From contig CM052817.1 in the NCBI GenBank assembly GCA_028534125.1, positions 19,284,001 to 19,348,000 on the forward strand: a stretch of 64,000 nucleotides of DNA. Direction: 5' to 3'. This DNA is from Lama glama. Taxonomy: Eukaryota. A program made the position numbers and the translations under genes. Under the pieces are notes generated by a model. It ran no database searches, was not told the origin of the DNA, and was given only the letters and a program-made list of their open reading frames with translations. Of this stretch, positions 36,401-49,158 are shown one piece after another (position 1 is the stretch's first letter; the number at the start of each line of letters is the position of its first letter).

Positions 36401-36521
36401 GTACTCTAAGTAGGAAGTTGGAGATCAACTGCTGTTTATTAATTTGGCACTGTTTTATGCTTACATATACTGTTTAATTTAGTCTTAAAAGTCAAACTGT
36501 GTGCTAAGTTTTGTATGTTCA

Positions 36522-36825
36522 ATCAGAAATAGACTCATGAACATAGAAAAACAAACTGTGGTTACCAAGGGGGAAAAGTGAGGGAGGAATAGATTAGGAG
36601 TCTGGGATTAACAGGTATACATTACTATATATATAAAACAGGTAATTAACAAGGACCTACTATTTAGCACAGGGAACTATATCCAATTTCTTGTAATGAG
36701 CTGTAGTGGAAAAGAAACTGAAAAAAAAGTATGTATGTGTATGTATAACTGAATCACTTTCCTGTACACCTGAAACTAACATTGTAAATCAATTACACTT
36801 TAATGAAAAAGAAGAATAAAAAAAT
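36522..36825 (+). mobile_element. 5'-truncated L1 3'UTR
   Basis: cagaaatagactcatgaacatagaaaaacaaactgtggttacc...acaaggacctactatttagcacagggaactat...cattgtaaatcaattacac. Confidence 0.85.
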
Positions 36826-38169
36826 GCGGAAAATAATCAAGGTTCATGAGGTTTGGGTACCTCACGTTTGCTAAGACACTTCGGTGGTGGTTGTTGGAGT
36901 TGCAATATAAATCCAAGTGTGACTTCTCTAACATTTACAGTCTTTCCCCCAATTCAAGCTAGTGCTAAATGATAGTAGTAAAAGGCTTATTCACTTCAAC
37001 GTAATTTTTTTCTTATAGAAATCAAAATCTTAAGTAACAAAGTCTGCATTAGGATTTTAATAATCACCTCCAATTTTAAAAAAAGAATTGTGTTCTCGTA
37101 ATATTTCAGTTTCTTAAATTTCGCATCCGTAATTCTTAAAACAGTCTCTCAGAGACCAATGTTTAGAGCCTTCACCTAAAGTGGACTCTGTTGCCATATA
37201 ATCCTTGGCCCAACTCATAAACAGATCTGGTAAACCTTCTTATAGAAATAGAAATGGTTCATTTCAATTTTTAAGAGCTTTAAGAAACATTAAAGGGTTT
37301 TTGGACACCTGCCTAGTCAAATATGTTTTAATAAACACTGCAGGAGTTTCTACAGTATTTTTTTCAATCACTAGGAATATAATGAAATGGATCAATTGAT
37401 TGTTTAGTACAGTATAAATCTTAACTCTTGAAGAATCCAAATAAATCAATAAGAAAAAAAATGACCTCAGTTGTCTTGCCTGCAAGCAGATAAGAAATTC
37501 ACTCCGCAGTGGGGCTCTAACTCCCAGTTCTGTCAAACTCGTTGAAAAACAGATTTTCTTCTTCTCCATTGTGTGTAAAGGTGTGGCCTTAATTCGATAA
37601 TAATACCCTTATTTGCTTATAGTCATAATTGATTTTGCTTTTAATTCAGCAATTCATTCAACTGTTCTATACGCTGGAAGTACACTGGTAAAAAACAAAA
37701 CATACAGATTCCTGTTCTCTTGGATCGGATCATACATTCTGGTGGGGGAGAGGAGTTTTAGGGAGAGATTATAAGCAGTAAATAAGTTAACTTCACATTT
37801 GTTTTATGAAACTGATAAAGAATCAATTATCTTCTTCAGTAGGATGGTTCCAATCTATCACCATATAATCTGAAAGGATACATTTTCTTTTCTACATATC
37901 AACAACTTAAGGTATCTTCAAAATGTTACACATGCTTAGTGACTGTTCACCTGATTAGCTTCCATCAGGACTTTGCCTTGTAAGAGAACAGGGTCCCCAA
38001 GAAACAAAACACACAGTGACTGTTTTATAGGATATACAAGGACCTACTATATAGCACATAGCATCAGTTGAAAGCTAGAGTCCATGGAATGGTGCTGGGT
38101 GACAGAGGCTTCCTCCAGGCAGTTGGGTGGGCACTATGGTAGGGCTGTTGTCTTGGAGCATCTCTGGTT

Positions 38170-38716
38170 AACTGAACTTTACAAAAATGGCCACAGCAGT
38201 GTATCTGGTGTCATATATTCTTTCAGAACTTTGATACTCTTCCCATCAAAGGGTGAAGTCTGAATGCTGTCCCCTCAGAAAAGAATCGTATATGGTGACA
38301 CATAGTCACGTGGTGCATGGATTCTGTGGCTTAAGTAACAGAAGGTGATACCGCTTCCAGCTGGCTCTGCTTCCCTTTTGGGATCTAACCTTGTGATCCA
38401 TGAGCTCACATATAGATGTACATCTGTTGTGAAGTTTCCATGTCGAAGACATCACATGACAATAGGAAGCGATGTCCAAATAGCCCCAACTATTTTAGTA
38501 CCTAGTTATTTGAGCCTTCTTAGTATCAACCACTAGAAATACAAGTGAACAAGCCATCCTCAGCCTTCTAGCTGACCCAGCTGATGCCATGTGGAACAGA
38601 GATGAGCCATCTCCACAGAGTCTTGCCAGAACTGCAGATTAGTGAGCAAAATAAATGTCATTGTTTCAAAAACTCAGATTTGTGGTGGTTTTTTACGCAG
38701 CATTGCAACTGAAACA
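38170..38716 (+). mobile_element. MLT1 (MaLR) LTR
   Basis: ctcttcccatcaaagggtgaagtc...tgcagattagtgagcaaaATAAAtgtcattgttt...gtggttttttacgcagcattgcaactgaaaca. Confidence 0.8.
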
Positions 38717-39059
38717 CGTTCTCATGTACAGGTCAAGAGATAGCATCATGTGACTTGTCACAGAAACAGTATGTCCTACATGCATGCCTATTGCCTACTG
38801 AATGTACTAGTTCTTAGATGCACAAAAAATGCACCCCAAACTGAGGTTTCTAGAACACTTTTTTGTTCCTCTGAGTAGTCTTTCATAATAATAGAAAAGT
38901 CAGAAGCGGGAAACGCATTTTTTCTTTCAAGTCTCTGTCTTTGTGTCATTTTTCTGGGCAAAATTCAAACAAAATACTAACTGGTATTTTTCAAACATTT
39001 CTTCTCCATACATCATAAACTGATTAAAAGTAAAAAGGGTTGTGAATATCAAAATTAAA

Positions 39060-39545
39060 AGTACATGGCTCTAATTTTTAACCCTGCTTTAATCCATACC
39101 CTTTGTCATATAACTTCCAGTGCCAACCCATTATGGACAAGATCTACCTTACCTCTTGAATCTGAACTTGGCTTTGTGACACACAGTCAATGGATGTTAA
39201 TAGGTTTGAAGCCCTGAGGAGGCTTAAAAACACCTTTATATAAGCTGCTTGTGCATTTGTGTCTCTGCCATTCCCATTAAAACATGCCTGAGGTTACATG
39301 TAGAAGGTTGGAAATTTGTTTAGGAGAACAGAAAATACCAATAGCCCAGTCACCCAAGGAAGGACAGTCTAAATCAAGTGACAGCCAGCCAACCCAGACA
39401 TGAACTGAGCCTGGCATAGATTGAAAGCAACACACAACCAAGGTCAATATAAATCTCTTGATCTCAGACTCATAATGTTATTAAAAGCTTGTCATTGAAA
39501 CCTGTTGAGTTTTGTCGTAGTTACTATGCAGCACTGATACAATTC
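39060..39545 (+). mobile_element. MLT1 (MaLR) LTR, older
   Basis: ctcttgaatctgaacttggctttgtgac...ctctgccattcccattaaaacatgcc...ttgagttttgtcgtagttactatgcagcactgataca. Confidence 0.65.
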
Positions 39546-39789
39546 CTGTAAGTATGTTTTAAATTTCAACAAATGGTAATTACACTGGAGAAGAAAGTTA
39601 CACATGTGTAAGGATGGAAGTTTTACTTGAACTATAATTGAACAATGTCCTTTTGGTGTCTATCATTTCAGATACCACAAAACATCTTGTAGTGTCATAA
39701 GAAGTACCATGGTGTTAGAGACAGAATAGTTCACTTGAAACTGCAGGGTGCAGAAGATTACGGGAAAAGATGCAACTTAACAATATGAA

Positions 39790-41180
39790 GTCATGGGAGC
39801 AACCACTAGAAAACTAAAAAGGCAAATATAAAATGATCAGTTAAAGCCAAAAGAGGCAGGAAAGAAGAGGAAGACAAAAATAGGAACAAAGAACAAGGGC
39901 AATAAATAGAAAACAATAACAAATATGGTAGATATCAATCTAACTATGTCAATAATCACTTTGAATGTCAATAATCTAATGAAAAGACAGAGTTTGTCAG
40001 AGTGGGTCAAAAAACGAGATGTAATTATATGTTGTCTACAAAGAACTCATTTTAAATATAAACATAAAGACTAAACAAGTGGACAAATGCTAGTACTGAA
40101 CACATAAAGCAGGAGAAGATTTATTAATATCAGACTTTAAAGTAAGAGTTATTATCACTAAAGAAGAGCTTTATATAATGATGAAGTAGTCATTTTTACA
40201 AGAACACATAACAGTCCTTAACGTGTATATGCCTAACAATAGAGCATCAAACCACATAAGGCAAAAAATGATAGAACCACAGGGAGAAATGGATGAATTC
40301 ACTATCATAGTTGGAGAATTCAACACCTCTCTATCAGAAATGTGTAGATCCAGCAGATCAAAAATCAGTAAAGGCATAATTTAATTCAACAACACTGTCA
40401 AAGTTGGAGAATTCAACACCTCTCTATCTGGACCTAAAACACACCTTAGTTAAGTTTAAAAGAATAGCAATCAAACAATGCCTTTTCTCAGATCATAATG
40501 GAATTAAACTAGAAATGAATAACAGAGCTAACTGGAAAAACTGGAAAATCCCCAAATACTTGGAGACTAAACATGTATCTACATAACCCATGGGTCAAAG
40601 AAGAAGAATCAAGAGAAATCTAAAGTATTTGTAAGTAAATGAAAATGAAAACAGAACTTAAAATTTGTGTGATGCAGGTTAAAGGATACTTATGTTAAGT
40701 ATATACTAATGCAGATCTTAGAAAAGAAGAAAGATCTAAAATTAATCATCAAAGTTTCCACCTTGGTAAAGTAGAAAAAGAAGAGCAAATTATAGCCAAA
40801 GTAAGAGAAGAAGAGAAATAATTAAAATTAGAGCAGAAAATAATGAAATTAAACACAACAAATCAATAGAGAACATCAACACTAGCAAAAGCAGTATTTT
40901 TTTTAGAAAAATCAATAAAATTGCAAACCTCTAGCCAGTTTAACTGAGAAAAAGAAAAGAGAAGACACAAATAACTAATACCTGAAGTGAACGAGGGGAC
41001 ATCACTGCAGATCCCATGGACATTAAAATGATAATAAAGGAATATTATAAATAAATCTATGGTGAAAATTTTGAAAACCTAGGTGAAATGGGCCAATTCT
41101 TTGAAGGATCCAAGCCATCAAAACTCACACAAAAAGAAATAGATAATCTGAATAGGACTATAGCTACTAAAGAAATTGAA
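39790..41180 (+). mobile_element. Old L1 ORF2 N-terminal (endonuclease/Z) fragment
   Basis: ataatcactttgaatgtcaat (ITLNVN), tgttgtctacaaga (CCLQE), aacgtgtatatgcctaac (NVY.PN), FSDHNGIKLE, acatcactgcagatccc. Confidence 0.9.
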
Positions 41181-41269
41181 TTTGGATAGTTCTGGGAGCA
41201 AAAAGAATGACGTTAACTGAGATTTGATATATTACCACAAGCATAGACATTAAAGAGACTTAGACTCTT

Positions 41270-42492
41270 TCTTTAATAGACTGTATTTTTTAGAACAGCT
41301 TTAGGTTCACAGAAATATTGAGTGGAAGATACAGAGAATTCCCATACACCTCCTACCCTAACACACGGACCACTCCCCATTATTAATATCCTGCAACCGA
41401 GTGGTACATTTGGTACAATTGATGAACCTACGGTAACACATCATTATCATTAAAAACCATAGTTTTTTACATTAGGGTTTACTGTATGTTTCTGTGCATT
41501 CTATGGGTTTGGACAAGTATGTAATGAAATGTATTCACCATTATAATATCATACAGAATACTTTCACTGTCCTAAAAATCTTGTGTTCCACCTATTCATC
41601 CCTCCCTTCCCCTTAACCCCTGGCAACCAGTGATATTTCACCATCTCTATAGTTTTGCCTGTTCCAGAATGTCATGTAGTTGAAGTCATACAGTATGTAG
41701 TCTTTCAGATTGGCTTCTTTCACTTAGTCACATGCATTTAAGATTTCCCCATGTCATTTTATGGCCAGATAGCTAATTTCTTTTAAATTCTGAATAACAT
41801 TCCATTGTAAAGATGCACCACAGTGTATTCATCCATTTGTCTGCTGAAGAACATCAAGGTTGCTTCCAAGTTTTGGCAATTATGAATAAAGTTGCTATAA
41901 AACATCCATGTGCAGGTTTTTGTGTGGATGTAAGTTTCAGCTCATTTTATGCAATACCAAGGAATGCTATTGCTAGATTGCATAAGTATGTTTAGTTTTG
42001 TAAGAAACTACCAAATTGTGTTCCAAAGTGGCTTTACCATCTTGCATTTTTGTGGGAACCAGCTATAAATGAGAGTTTCTATTGATCTATATCCTCACCA
42101 GCATTTGCGTTGTCAGTGTTTTGCGCTTTGGCCATTCCAACACTTAGGGGTTTCACATTTTTTAAATTTGCAATTCTCTAATGACATATGGTGTTGAATA
42201 CCTTTCCATATGCCTATTTACTAAAGGAATATCTTCTTCGGTGAGGTGTCTGTTCAGGTCTTTGTTCATTTTTTAATCAGGCTGTTACTTTTTTTAATGG
42301 GTTAAATTTTACAAGTCCTTTGTATATTTTAGGTAATAGTTCTTTATTAGGTATGTATTTGCAAATACATTTCCCTGTCTGTGGGTTGTCTTCTCATTCT
42401 CTGACATTGTTCTTTCTCAGAGCAGAGGCTTTTAAATTTAGTGAAGTCCAGCTTATCAATGATTTCTCTCATAAACTGTACCTTTGGTATTG
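41270..42492 (-). mobile_element. L1MB/MC-class 3' end and ORF2 C-terminus
   Basis: tttttagaacagctttaggttcacagaaatattgagtggaagatacagagaattccc...ggttgcttccaagttttggcaattatgaataaagttgct. Confidence 0.85.
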
Positions 42493-43210
42493 CGACTCCA
42501 CATTTTTTAACAAGGGTTTCTCAGCCTAACCTTAAATGGAAAGCTAAAGTAGTATGGTTTAAATTCTCGTCATAAAGTAACTTTTCATGCGGGAAAATGA
42601 GAACCAGAGAGGCTTTGAAAAAAATAATAATTATAATAAACATTGATTTATCATGTGTAAAGTTTCTGGAAAACATCTGAGACCTTTACATTTAATATTT
42701 GATTTAACCCTCATCACAAATATATACACATGGAACTATAACATAACAATCATTTCATAAATCAGGAATGTGAAACCCAGAGAGACTAATAGTTTTTTCC
42801 TAAGGTCAAGTAGCTCGTTAGTGTTAGAACCAGAATTCAAACATAGAAAGATAGAGGAATCCAGCTCAGCCAGGGTTCTGTTAACACCATCACATTTATT
42901 CACTTCACTACCTCAAGAGTGTTTCTAGAGAACAATGAGTAAGGGTTCAGATTCACAAGATGTGGATATGGTTATAAATGCAAGAAAGGATTTCAGTAGT
43001 TTCAGGAAATGAGGCAAAAGTCCTCTTCGGTTTCTTGTTTAGAGCCCAAGTTCCTTGGCACCTCCTTCCTCTCATACCTTCTTATCATTTAATTATTAGC
43101 AGCCTTGGATAATCATTAATTATGTGCCATCAATTATGCTTACATTATCGTTTCAAATAGATACAATACCTGATTGATTTGACTAAAATAACCCCCTTGT
43201 TTAATCGTCA

Positions 43211-43228
43211 ATTTGCATAAATTTGCAT
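43211..43228 (+). promoter_or_regulatory. Tandem POU octamer motifs
   Basis: ATTTGCAT at 43211-43218 and 43221-43228, a direct repeat with 10-bp period. Confidence 0.55.
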
Positions 43229-46200
43229 GCAGTGAGGTGTTGCACAGTGATTCACCAGGCGCCGAAAACAGCAGCAACAACCTGAGCAACGGGAGGCTCA
43301 GCCTCACCAAGTATTGTCATTTTCATCTGGAAAGGAATTCCATTAAAACCGACTTTCCATAGTCTGGAATTGTGATGAGGAGTTTGCGAATTTAAGCTAC
43401 CGTAGGATTTATGGGGAGACACCATGGGGAACACGTACCCATGACCACTGGCAAGACATCTGTCCTGCAAGTAATTGAAACTCACTCCTGTGCTGGTCCA
43501 GCGCTTTGATGGCAGGGCGATGGGTTTCCATGCTGGTGCTCTCATTACAGGGATGGCTGTCTGAATGTGACCCTAAGTCCAGGGAGTTGAATGATACACT
43601 TCTCCCACTGACCGGGAGTGAGGTTTCTGTTGAAGGTGAGTGAGGTGAACTAGCAAATTTACTGTAACTCTCTTTTCCTTTGCTTCTTCGATAATAACAT
43701 TTTGAAGTGCCTACTATATGCTAGGCATGTATTAGGAATCACATACAATTTATTCACATTTAATACTCAACAACAATCTTACAAAGTTTATGATCCTATC
43801 ATATTTTCAGAGGTCACAAATTTGACAAGTGGCAAAGCTTCAGTAGATCCTAAATCTAATGGAGTCAGATCTCTTCTATTTTATCTCCCAGTACCTATGC
43901 ATAACTATTTAACCAGCACCTAGAAGAACCTACAGATATTATTATTCATACATGGGATACATACTTTTAAAAAGCATATTAAAATACAGTCTTCTATTTC
44001 TAGTGGGGCTGTGTTATTTAAGCCACTACTGCTCCAGAGATGGCTTTAAGCAAAGCATGTTTACACAATATATTTTCTGGATTTTTTTTTCTGTTATATT
44101 TTAATAACAATTGGTATTTCTATGGCTCTACAGTTTTCAAAGAACATCAAAGGTATGGTGTAATAACATAATTTCTATGGCATTTTTGGAATTTAGATAG
44201 TATTTTAATCCCCATATTGTGGATGTGAAAATCCAGAAATTTACTTGCCAATAATAGTAAAACTTGTAAACATATGACTTACATAAAAGACCTCTAATCT
44301 TAAGTCTACTCTCTGTCCTCTACACTTTAGTGCTTTTATTGTTTGTTTCTTTGTTTGTTTCTTCCTCTTTCTCTCTTTGATTTCAGGTAATCAGTAAACT
44401 CACGATGGCTCCTGAGTCTCCAGGATATTTACACAGGAATACTTGAGCATCTGCAGAAGGCAGCAAGGGTCACTGATTAAGATACTTTTATATGAAGTCC
44501 CTTTCCCTATTAGAACATATTGTCCCTGAGTCCCACACTCTCAAGTTCCCAAAAATGGCTTTTGGATATTATTTTTCTGCCTTCTTCACCCCACAGTTCA
44601 TGTGCTATCATAAGGTTTGAATGCTGGGGAACCTCTGGCATCCAGTTTCAGCTACCAGCTATAATCTAGACAGGTGTCTTTTTCTGGACATTTTCACATT
44701 ATGTTGCAGTGATTTCCCAACATAAAACAAAGTAAGTTGGAGGGAATAATAGTGCATATTAAAAACGAACAAGAAGTAATAAAACAAAATAAATGATTAT
44801 GTTTCAAGAACTGATGGATATAAAAATAACCAGTAGAAAATTTAGAACAGGAAACATATACAATCATAAAAATAAAAATTATACTCAATAGCTAAAATAA
44901 CAACTAACCTAGGTATAATTAAAGAATATATTTGTAAGCTGGAAAATGACACTAAAACAGATATCAATAAAGAAAAAGCCTACATAAATAGAAAAATCAA
45001 AAAGTGAAGAAGAAATTAACAAGAAGTATGAAGAGAAACCAAACATAACAGAAGCTCTAAGGTGCAGTTCTTTAAACTCTTCCTCTGAAGCTATTAGTTG
45101 GGGGCTAGATGTGATCAATCATCCACGTTGATGAGAGAAAAAGAAAATGATACATGTGAGTCTTAATGAAAAGCAGAAGTTTGAAGTCAATCTTTTTCTT
45201 AGTAAGGTCTCCTCTTGTCTTTTGGGCACACAGACAAGTCAATATGCTACTTCAATGTTTTGTATTCTTATCTGTCTATCTTTATTAAAATATCTTTACT
45301 GCAAACTGCTAATTTCAAACACAAGACTGAATCGAACCACAGAATTTCCCCCATTCTTGATAATGTCATGGTGTTTCCAGAAATAGGCATCCTCTTCTTT
45401 GCTGGTTTCTGGGGGAGTGTCTATCAGACAGCAATATGAAAAAAGGGTCTGGTTGATGAGGTTCTTTTCTAATACAAAGAAAATGCAAGAGTCTCAAGTT
45501 AAATAACAAACCCTCTCTTGCACAGGCATCTGCTTTGGTAAATGAAATACCTTTCTTTGCTTAGGCTGCTGCTCACATACAATATGAGGCAAGTGCACCC
45601 TTCTCAATATGGAGTTTCATCAACTGCAAAGCACACTGGCTAGTAGTTGCATATGAATTGAGATTATACCATTTTTTTAACTTTGGAATATGAAAGTAAC
45701 CCCATTTTAAAACATAATAGATTTATTTCTTACTTATGTCTTCATTTTTTGGAAATTATATGATTTTAAAATCTTAAATATTTAAACTACTATATAAAAT
45801 GTCTGCACGAAGCCTGTTTTAGTGTCAAAAGTAGCCACCCCCTACTGTACTCTATCTGATTTGGCTTCTTGGTTATGATTATTTAAAGATACTAGAATGA
45901 GAAATGAAGGGGGATTAGTTATATAACAGCTTCAAAAATATTTGAATAGTAATATGTTCTAAATATTTAATAGATATGAATTACCACTACAAGTTCTAAA
46001 ATATTCTAATTGTGCATAAAACTGTTGTTCTTCTTATTTTAAATGCATTCAGAGGAAAGTGATTTAAATAAAGAAATGATATTCCTAGGGTGAAAATCAT
46101 AGAATTGTATGATACTTATGCTTCTACTTAGTATGCAGTCTTAATAAGTAGCAGGTTTTTCTAAGAATGGAACATTATTGTTATTCATTCCAACCAACTG

Positions 46201-47498
46201 GACTTAAAGTAGTGTCAATTTTCAAAAGTACAATGCTGAGTTTGCATCAGTTCTGAAATAGCTCATACTTTTGTTAAAATACGTGTGGTTTTTATTACTG
46301 CAAGAAGCAACTGTATTCTGAATAAAACATTGCAGTTTGCTCAGCAATGTTATGATGACATAAGCATTTATTAATGTCCAGTACATTAAGTATTATATAT
46401 TGTACATTAAGTGTCATATATTGTCTCCAAAGCAATAAATGGGACCTGATTTCTGCTTCATTATATTTAAGATATGATAACTAGAAAGATAATTTCATGA
46501 GGTTAAATATTTTTGATAGTATCAAAATTGCTAGTACTTTAGAAATTAGTTGAAGATAAAACTTATCTGTCCCCTAATTTAGATGATGCTAGTCAGGACA
46601 ATGTCATTTTGTGCAATGTTGAGATTCATTGTGAAATTGTACTCATCCTTTGAGGATTAGACTAAATCACATCTCGGCTAGAAGCATTTATCTTATGAAT
46701 TCATGGCATACAAAGATTGGAATAAACCTTAGAATTCATCATGTCATAACCCAGACCAGAATTTCTCAAATGCTTTTGTTTCAACCTTGCATCAACAGCA
46801 CATCTCAAAACCACCCACAAAATCATATTCTTACAAGAGTGAAGCCCAGAAATCTGAATTTAAATTGGCACTCTAAGTGATATTATACATTGTAGAATTA
46901 TCCAACCATTACTCCAGCTGGGCTTGAAATCCTTCTTTGACAACTTTTCTAATGGTTGAATATCCTTTGAGAAAAAAATGCAAGTAAACTACACTCAAAT
47001 GCCGCTCAAAATTTAGGCAGTTCTATTATAAATATAATTATGCCTTATACTTTGTCAAAATTTGTTGCTTCTGAATGTCTATTTCAGCTTTATGAAACTA
47101 CAAAGAGACTTAAAATCCTTCAAATGCATTTTAAAAATTCATGTAATATGAGAGTTAAACCCTCATATTATTAATTTTAAATAGACACTTTTATGACTTT
47201 CTTGTGACATGGTTTTCAGGCTTCCTAACTCTGCCTACTTATTAATATCCTAATAAACTTTTATTGAATTATATTCCTCTTAACGTAGAGTATACTGAGT
47301 CAAATGCTATCTTTTGCATGATAGGATGAGTTCCACATATTAAAGAATGAATGAATAAATAAAAGGATAACATTTAAGTGGTAATTAACATCTTTGAAAA
47401 ACTGCTGTGTCTCTGGTACTACTCAAGTTCTTCATATTCTTTGTTTTATGTAATCCTGTCCCAAACATATGAGGCAGGAAAGTTATTACTAAGTGACT

Positions 47499-48220
47499 TG
47501 GACAGCAGCATGTGAATCAATGAAGCTAGAACACTCCCTTACACCATACACAAAAATAAACTCAAAAAGGAGCAAAGACTTAAACATAAGACAAGATACA
47601 ATAAACCTCCTAGAAGAAAATATAGGCAAAACATTGTCTCACATATATCTCAAAAATGTTCTCCTAGGACAGTCTACCCAAGAAATAGAAATAAAAGCAA
47701 GAATAAACAAATGGGACCTAATTAAATTTACAAGCTTCTGCACAGCAAAGGAAACCATAAGTAAAACAAAACGACAACCTACAGAATGGGAGAAAATGTT
47801 TGCAAACGATGAAACCGACAAAGTCTTGATCTCCAGAATATATAAGCAGCTCATACGACTTCATAAGAAAAAAAACAAACAGCCCAATCCAAAAATGGGC
47901 AGAATACCTAAACAAGCAATTCTCCCAAGGAGGAAATACAAATGATCAATAGGCACATGAAAAAATGCTCAATATCACTAATTATCAGAGAAATGCAAAT
48001 CAAAACTACTATGAGGTATCACCTCACACCAGTCAGAATGGCCATCATTCAGAAGTCCACAAATGACAAATGCTAGAGAGGCTGTGGAGGAAAGGGAACC
48101 CTCCTACACTGCTGGTGGGAATGCAGTTTGGTGCAGCCACTGTGGAAAACAGTATGGAGATTCCTCAAAAGACTAGGAATAGACTTACCATATGACCCAG
48201 GAATCCACTCCTGGGCATAT
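47499..48220 (+). mobile_element. Young L1 ORF2 internal fragment without 3'UTR or poly(A), inside a MIR
   Basis: ORF WTAACESMKLEHSLTPYTKINSK...INKWDLIK..SFCTAKET..KRQPTEWEK. Its last ~85 nt are nearly identical to 21799-21885 and both flanks are MIR-like. Confidence 0.9.
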
Positions 48221-48228
48221 TTTTTCTT

Positions 48229-48271
48229 GATATCACAGTCTTTTTTTTTTTTTTTTTGATATCACAGTCTT
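48229..48271 (-). mobile_element. Poly(A)-only retro-insertion with 14-bp TSD
   Basis: GATATCACAGTCTT (48229-48242) + T15 + GATATCACAGTCTT (48258-48271), followed by AA. Confidence 0.75.
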
Positions 48272-48849
48272 AACTATGGTTGCACCAGTGTTCCGAACCT
48301 GGCCTGTTTGCCACCAGAGTTTGTGTTTGTTCTTTGCATACTGTGCTTATAAAGGAATTTATTATCTTTAGCCTAAATGACGAAAATTATATTGACCTCA
48401 AGATTATCTATAATTGCTCATAAAAGTGTGAGCAGTATTCCTTTCAAATGTATAAGAGAATGAAATCTCATGATGTCTAGTTAAAATGAGCAATGTTCTG
48501 ATCATCAATTTTATTATAAGCATTAAGTTACTGGTCAAAGTTAACAGTTATTAAATGAAGGAAATCCCATCTATTATTTTATTTAATCCTCAAAATAACC
48601 TCATATGGTAAACATGAGTCTCCAAAGGTCCAAAAAGCTTTTGAAGAGAATACAGATTATGTACAAAAAAAAGGAGAAATAGACTGTCATCAGGATTCTC
48701 AGCAGTAACATTGGGAAAGGAATAGCTTCATATTTTGACTGAAAACACAACAAAAAGAATAAAGGCACTTGAGTTATTATAGAGGAAAATATTGGGAATT
48801 GAGAAAAGAACCAAATGTCTTATGATTACAATGGGAGAAATTTGTTGGG

Positions 48850-48940
48850 TTTCTTCCTTCCTTTCCTTCCTTTCCTCTGTCTTTCCTTCTTCCCTTCCTT
48901 CCTTCTTTTCCTTTCTATTTTTCTTTTTTTTTTTTTTTTG
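48850..48940. repeat. (TTCC)n/poly(T) pyrimidine tract
   Basis: ttcttccttcctttccttcctttcc...tttttttttttttt. Confidence 0.85.
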
Positions 48941-49158
48941 AAATTTAGCTCAGAAAACTAAGCTATTAGAAAAGGGCAGTTATTAACTTAAAAGAAGACA
49001 ATAATGACATCAAAAGCAAATAAAGTTTCATAAGAATGAAGTCTATATTATATTTATAACTTAGCTGTAAAAAGTCTGTTTATAAGATAGCGTTGAATAT
49101 TGATACAGACAAATTTTGCAATATAAATATATTTTGAACAATGGAAGATGTGTGTGTG

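Noticed and set aside
43200..43300. Immunoglobulin or TCR V gene (octamer plus RSS)
   Set aside because: There is no leader exon, V exon or YYC motif between the octamer and the heptamer, which are only 15 nt apart.
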